Shown one piece after another: positions 60,098 through 64,000 of a DNA stretch of 64,000 nt. Both the position numbers and the translations under genes were made by a program. This stretch comes from Promethearchaeota archaeon. GTDB lineage: Archaea > Asgardarchaeota > Lokiarchaeia > Sigyniarchaeales > SOKP01. Under the pieces are notes generated by a model. That model did not search any database, was not told where the DNA came from, and saw only the letters and a program-made list of their open reading frames with translations. The stretch spans positions 96,001 to 160,000 of the forward strand of contig JAHPZI010000028.1 in NCBI GenBank assembly GCA_019058295.1. The letters run 5' to 3'. The first letter of the stretch is position 1; every line of letters begins with the position of its first letter.

Positions 60098-61342
60098 ATG
60101 GCTAAAAATTCACGATCCGTATTAGTCGTAGGATTCAATACTCGCCCTCTCACTTATTCTTTAAATAAGGCAGGATATGAGGTATATGCAGTTGATTTTT
60201 TTGGCGATTTAGACTTATATCCAAATGTAAAAGATTGCCTAATCGTAATAAAAGAATTAGAAACTAATTATGATCTTTTAAGAAATAAGTATAGTATTTT
60301 TTTAGCTAATTTGACAATCGAGATATTACAAAAATATCCAAATATAGAATATTTAATAATAGGGAGTGGTCTAGATGATGCTTTTGAGGAAAGGGAGGTG
60401 ATTTTAAAGGAAATAAAAAAATATCAATATTCTATAAAAAATTTAAATAACTCTATAGAATCAATTAAAAAAGCCAGAAATATCGAAATTGTGTATAATA
60501 TTCTGTCATCAAAAGGATATAAAATCCCCCTTACCCTCCCGTATGAAAAACTCAAATCAAAAGAAAATGTGTTGAGATATCCGTTTATTGTAAAGAAAAA
60601 AACGGGAGCCGGAGGTATTAACGTTTATAAAATGGAAAATAAAAGCAGTTTATCCTCCTTTTTACATACACAAGAGGCGAAAGGTTTTAAAGCATCAGAG
60701 TGGCTAATTCAAGAATTCAAAGAAGGTATCCCGGTTAGTTGTACAACAATTTCAAATGGAGAAGAATGCGAAGTGATTTCTATCAATAGACAAATTATTG
60801 GTTTAAAATTTCTAAATCCTCCTAAAGAATTTATGTATTGTGGCAATATTGTTCCTGCTTATTTATTTAAAGAAGATGAGGAATTAATTTCTGAAATTTC
60901 AATAATTTTAACTAAAGAACTCGGATTAAAAGGGATTAATGGATTTGATTATGTGTTAAAAAATCATTATCCTTATCTAATGGAGATTAATCCAAGAATT
61001 CCCGGTTCAATTAATGTTTCGGGAGCTGTCCTTGATCTAAACTTATTGGATTTGTATATTAAAAGTTTTGATGGAAGTAAATGGGACTATATTAAAAAAA
61101 AACTTAATTTAACTCAATCTCAAGGATTTGCAACCAAATTAATTATGTTTGCTCCTAAAGAAATATATAGAGATAAAATACAACAAATAAATCAATTTGA
61201 AAACATACACGATAAAACTGAGCCAAAAATTATATCTAAAGGTGAACCTATATGTACAATATTATATAAAGATAAGAACTTTTCAAGATCTTTTTTTGGA
61301 GCCTTAAAAATTGCGGATGAAATAAAGAAAATCATTGGTTAA
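60098..61342 (+). CDS. ATP-grasp protein (H4MPT-linked C1 pathway-associated type)
   Basis: DFFGDLD, K...GAGG, IQEF.EG, YCGN, G.NG.D, EINPR. Confidence 0.82.
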   Translation: MAKNSRSVLVVGFNTRPLTYSLNKAGYEVYAVDFFGDLDLYPNVKDCLIVIKELETNYDLLRNKYSIFLANLTIEILQKYPNIEYLIIGSGLDDAFEEREVILKEIKKYQYSIKNLNNSIESIKKARNIEIVYNILSSKGYKIPLTLPYEKLKSKENVLRYPFIVKKKTGAGGINVYKMENKSSLSSFLHTQEAKGFKASEWLIQEFKEGIPVSCTTISNGEECEVISINRQIIGLKFLNPPKEFMYCGNIVPAYLFKEDEELISEISIILTKELGLKGINGFDYVLKNHYPYLMEINPRIPGSINVSGAVLDLNLLDLYIKSFDGSKWDYIKKKLNLTQSQGFATKLIMFAPKEIYRDKIQQINQFENIHDKTEPKIISKGEPICTILYKDKNFSRSFFGALKIADEIKKIIG

Positions 61343-61510
61343 TAGAGTAATTAAAAGGATATTCATAATAAAAAAATTATTAGACTAATTAAAATATACA
61401 AATAGGCTATTAAGATCTTTTTTCTCAATAGTAATACTAAAAATTAAATTTTAATAAGAATTGAATATATATAATTTAGAGAAAAAAAGTTATTTTCAAA
61501 AAACCTAATC

Positions 61511-62335
61511 ATGGAAGTAAATGGAGATAAAGAAAAACTCTTAAGAGATACAATAGAGGATATAAAAAAAACCATCGCTCTTAAAGAAGATCAATTAAGC
61601 ACTATTAATTCTACCTTGGTCCTTAAGGATGCGCAAATAAAGACGTTAGAAGACTCGTTAAAAGTTAAAGAAGAAAAAATTGCCGCTTTAGAAAAGACTG
61701 TAAAATTAAAAGAAGATGAATTAAAATCGACGGCAGGCTCAGCAGTTGATGAAGAAATACTAATAGAAAAAGACAAGAAAATTGAAGAACTTCAAAAAGA
61801 GATTGAAATATTAAACGATGAGTTAAATAAATCAGACGAAGTAATCGAGCAGTTAGAATTAGAAAAAGAAAAATTAGAGGAAAAGGAAAAAAATTCCAAA
61901 TCCTCAGATTCGAAAATTATTGACTTTACAAATATTTCTATTAGCGTATCTGAGATTATTGAAAAAATGCGCGAAATTTTACAAAAAGCAATGCATAACG
62001 TAACAATTGCCGTTCCTAATATAACAGATTTACAAGATTTACATCTTTATGAAGTTAGGTCGTCGGTTAATATGAAAATATCTTGTGAAATTAATCCTGG
62101 AATTGAGGAAAACGCTGATTTATTGGATGAATATGAAAGCCTCGACAATATCTCTCTGAGAAATTTTGAGGGAAGCGATAGATATATTATAATAAGAGAT
62201 GGTGAAGAGTTAATGATTGGAGTTATTGGAAAAAACGATAATAATCATCTAGTCTTTCACACAAGTGATCCTTCTCATATAAAACTCTTTAATTCTCTCG
62301 TAATGGAAGGTTGGCTGAGATCACGTAAGATTTAG
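61511..62335 (+). CDS. Coiled-coil protein with C-terminal TrmB/PLD-like domain
   Basis: N-terminal heptads; A..NV.I..P, IIRDGEE.MIG, W..SRK. Confidence 0.6.
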   Translation: MEVNGDKEKLLRDTIEDIKKTIALKEDQLSTINSTLVLKDAQIKTLEDSLKVKEEKIAALEKTVKLKEDELKSTAGSAVDEEILIEKDKKIEELQKEIEILNDELNKSDEVIEQLELEKEKLEEKEKNSKSSDSKIIDFTNISISVSEIIEKMREILQKAMHNVTIAVPNITDLQDLHLYEVRSSVNMKISCEINPGIEENADLLDEYESLDNISLRNFEGSDRYIIIRDGEELMIGVIGKNDNNHLVFHTSDPSHIKLFNSLVMEGWLRSRKI

Positions 62336-62380
62336 CTTCCTACAAAAATATTTTAAATCTAATTTTGTATTAATTTATTT

Positions 62381-63100
62381 TCAAGTGAAAATTGGACAAT
62401 TAATCTTTTCACATCTGTCATTAATACCCGAAAATCTACACTTTATTGGTTCGTAATTTAAAACAATATCAAATTTCTCTTTTAAGAACTTTAATGTTTC
62501 AATAATAGATATTTTTACAGATCTTTTACAGCAATGTTCTAGATTATCTGCGATTTTAGCTAATACTTTTGATGTCATTTGATTTGCTAGTGTTCTTTCT
62601 TTATCTTTTGACGGAGTAGCTCCTGTAAATATACTAATAGCAATCCCAGCGCCCATACCAGCACCACATGTGCCATAAAAACCACACCACCCCCCAGGTA
62701 TTTTGGATGCTCTTTTAATTGCCTCTTTAATATCCATAAAGGTTATATCGTCCCCGTTGGGTTTTTTTACATCATTATTTTTTAAAGCTGTTAATATAAC
62801 TGCTGGGGTTAACACATGATGTTCAGGGCCATAAACTTTAAAATTATTATGCATCATAATCTTATCAGCTATTTCAAAAGGATTTTTTAAATCTGTATTT
62901 TCACAAAATCTTGTTATTATTTCGATTGGAACATTGGAATGGCATGAATCGCATATATAATGACCATTTGGGCAATAGATATTTACAACATCCCGTTTTA
63001 AACAGAATTCACATTGAAGTTCTTTTCGATCATCTAATTGAGTTGCGTAGACTAACTCATGACCACAAATTTCGCATTTATCCTTCTTTTTTTCTGACAT
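62381..63100 (-). CDS. DUF5714-like Cys-rich protein
   Basis: C..C, C..GHY.CD.CH, GPEHH, PGG.CGF.G.CGA, CCKRS. Confidence 0.8.
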   Translation of the reverse strand: MSEKKKDKCEICGHELVYATQLDDRKELQCEFCLKRDVVNIYCPNGHYICDSCHSNVPIEIITRFCENTDLKNPFEIADKIMMHNNFKVYGPEHHVLTPAVILTALKNNDVKKPNGDDITFMDIKEAIKRASKIPGGWCGFYGTCGAGMGAGIAISIFTGATPSKDKERTLANQMTSKVLAKIADNLEHCCKRSVKISIIETLKFLKEKFDIVLNYEPIKCRFSGINDRCEKINCPIFT

Positions 63101-63120
63101 TATTAAATTTACTCTTTTAA

Positions 63121-63975
63121 TTATATTATATCAATAAATGATCTTTTTCTTTGACTAAAAGATGCCAATTTATTGTATCCAATTTTTTTTAATGATTTTA
63201 GCATCTTTTTAAAATCATAAGCAAGTTCATTAGGATCATGTGCGTCAGATCCTAGTAAGATTGGGATGTCTAACTCACACATTTTTTTTAAGATCTCTTC
63301 ACTTGGATATTGTTCTTTAACATCTTTTCTAAATCCTCCTGTATTAATTTCAACAGTTAGATCTCTTTTTTTAATGAGATCAAGTGTTTTTGAAATCTCA
63401 ATCATGATTAAATCTTTTGAATTCTTACTGGGAAATTTATTAAACTTTTTGGGCAAATCAAAATGGCTTACTATATCAAAATCAAATTCCGTTGAATTTA
63501 GCATTTTTTGTATTGTCTGATAATATAGAAGAAAAACACGGTCGGCCCCCAAAGAATTATATTTTTCTAAAAATCTATTATCGTCCATTGCCCAAGGTCC
63601 ATTCTCTAAGAATAATATATGTACCGATCCCAAAATAAAATCCAAGCGAGATTTAATTTTATTCAAATGAGTATTTAATGTTTCTACTTGGTTTTCTATA
63701 TAATCTATTTCAAATCCTATTTTTAAATCGATTTTTTCTCTATATTTCTCTTTTAAATTTTCAATTGTAGAAATATAACTCTCAGTTTCGGTTAAAATCA
63801 TTGCATAATCCTCAATAGGAACTCCATCCATTCCTATTAGATAATCATATGGAAAATGATCGCTTATCCCCAGTAGATCTAAATCCAACTCAATACCTTT
63901 TTTAACATAATCCTCCAGAGATCCAATAGCGTGATGACACATTGAATTATGAGTATGCCAATCTTGTAGCTTCAT
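63121..63975 (-). CDS. hisJ: Histidinol-phosphatase HisJ family (PHP domain)
   Basis: D.HTH...C.HA, SDH.P, GFE.DY, LGSVH, HFDL.K, EINT.G, GSDAH. Confidence 0.88.
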   Translation of the reverse strand: MKLQDWHTHNSMCHHAIGSLEDYVKKGIELDLDLLGISDHFPYDYLIGMDGVPIEDYAMILTETESYISTIENLKEKYREKIDLKIGFEIDYIENQVETLNTHLNKIKSRLDFILGSVHILFLENGPWAMDDNRFLEKYNSLGADRVFLLYYQTIQKMLNSTEFDFDIVSHFDLPKKFNKFPSKNSKDLIMIEISKTLDLIKKRDLTVEINTGGFRKDVKEQYPSEEILKKMCELDIPILLGSDAHDPNELAYDFKKMLKSLKKIGYNKLASFSQRKRSFIDII

Positions 63976-64000
63976 TTTCCTATTATCATAATTTATTTTA

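Overview
AT-rich archaeal chromosomal window. The gene content and protein style point to an Asgard archaeon of the Lokiarchaeia/Promethearchaeota group (inference): SMC/ScpB, PAC2, an AfpA-type flavoprotein, JAB/MPN proteins, roadblock- and DENN-like proteins, 7TM orphans, GGTGA Shine-Dalgarno motifs and a BHB tRNA intron. About 58 CDS are supported, including a RelE/ParE toxin-antitoxin pair, an orphan glycyl-radical enzyme, cysS, iscS, two iscU, cysK, a CopA copper locus and a beta-CASP nuclease. No rRNA, CRISPR array or transposase was seen. Five observations stand out. (1) A tRNA-Cys(GCA) upstream of cysS has a 30-nt BHB-type intron at the unusual position 10/11, a long variable arm, and a 5' leader that duplicates the acceptor strand. 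(2) A JAB/MPN cluster has a tandem active (MPN+) and catalytically dead (MPN-) paralog pair, like Rpn11/Rpn8 or CSN5/CSN6, facing a third MPN gene and an AAA+/vWA gene. (3) Up to five genes appear to start at ATT/ATA behind strong GGTG(A) motifs. (4) Duplicated gene 3' ends bracket a 3-kb cassette of surface-protein genes. (5) There is an unannotated 38-aa secreted-type peptide gene and a Whirly-like protein. All family calls come from motif recognition by eye, not database searches.
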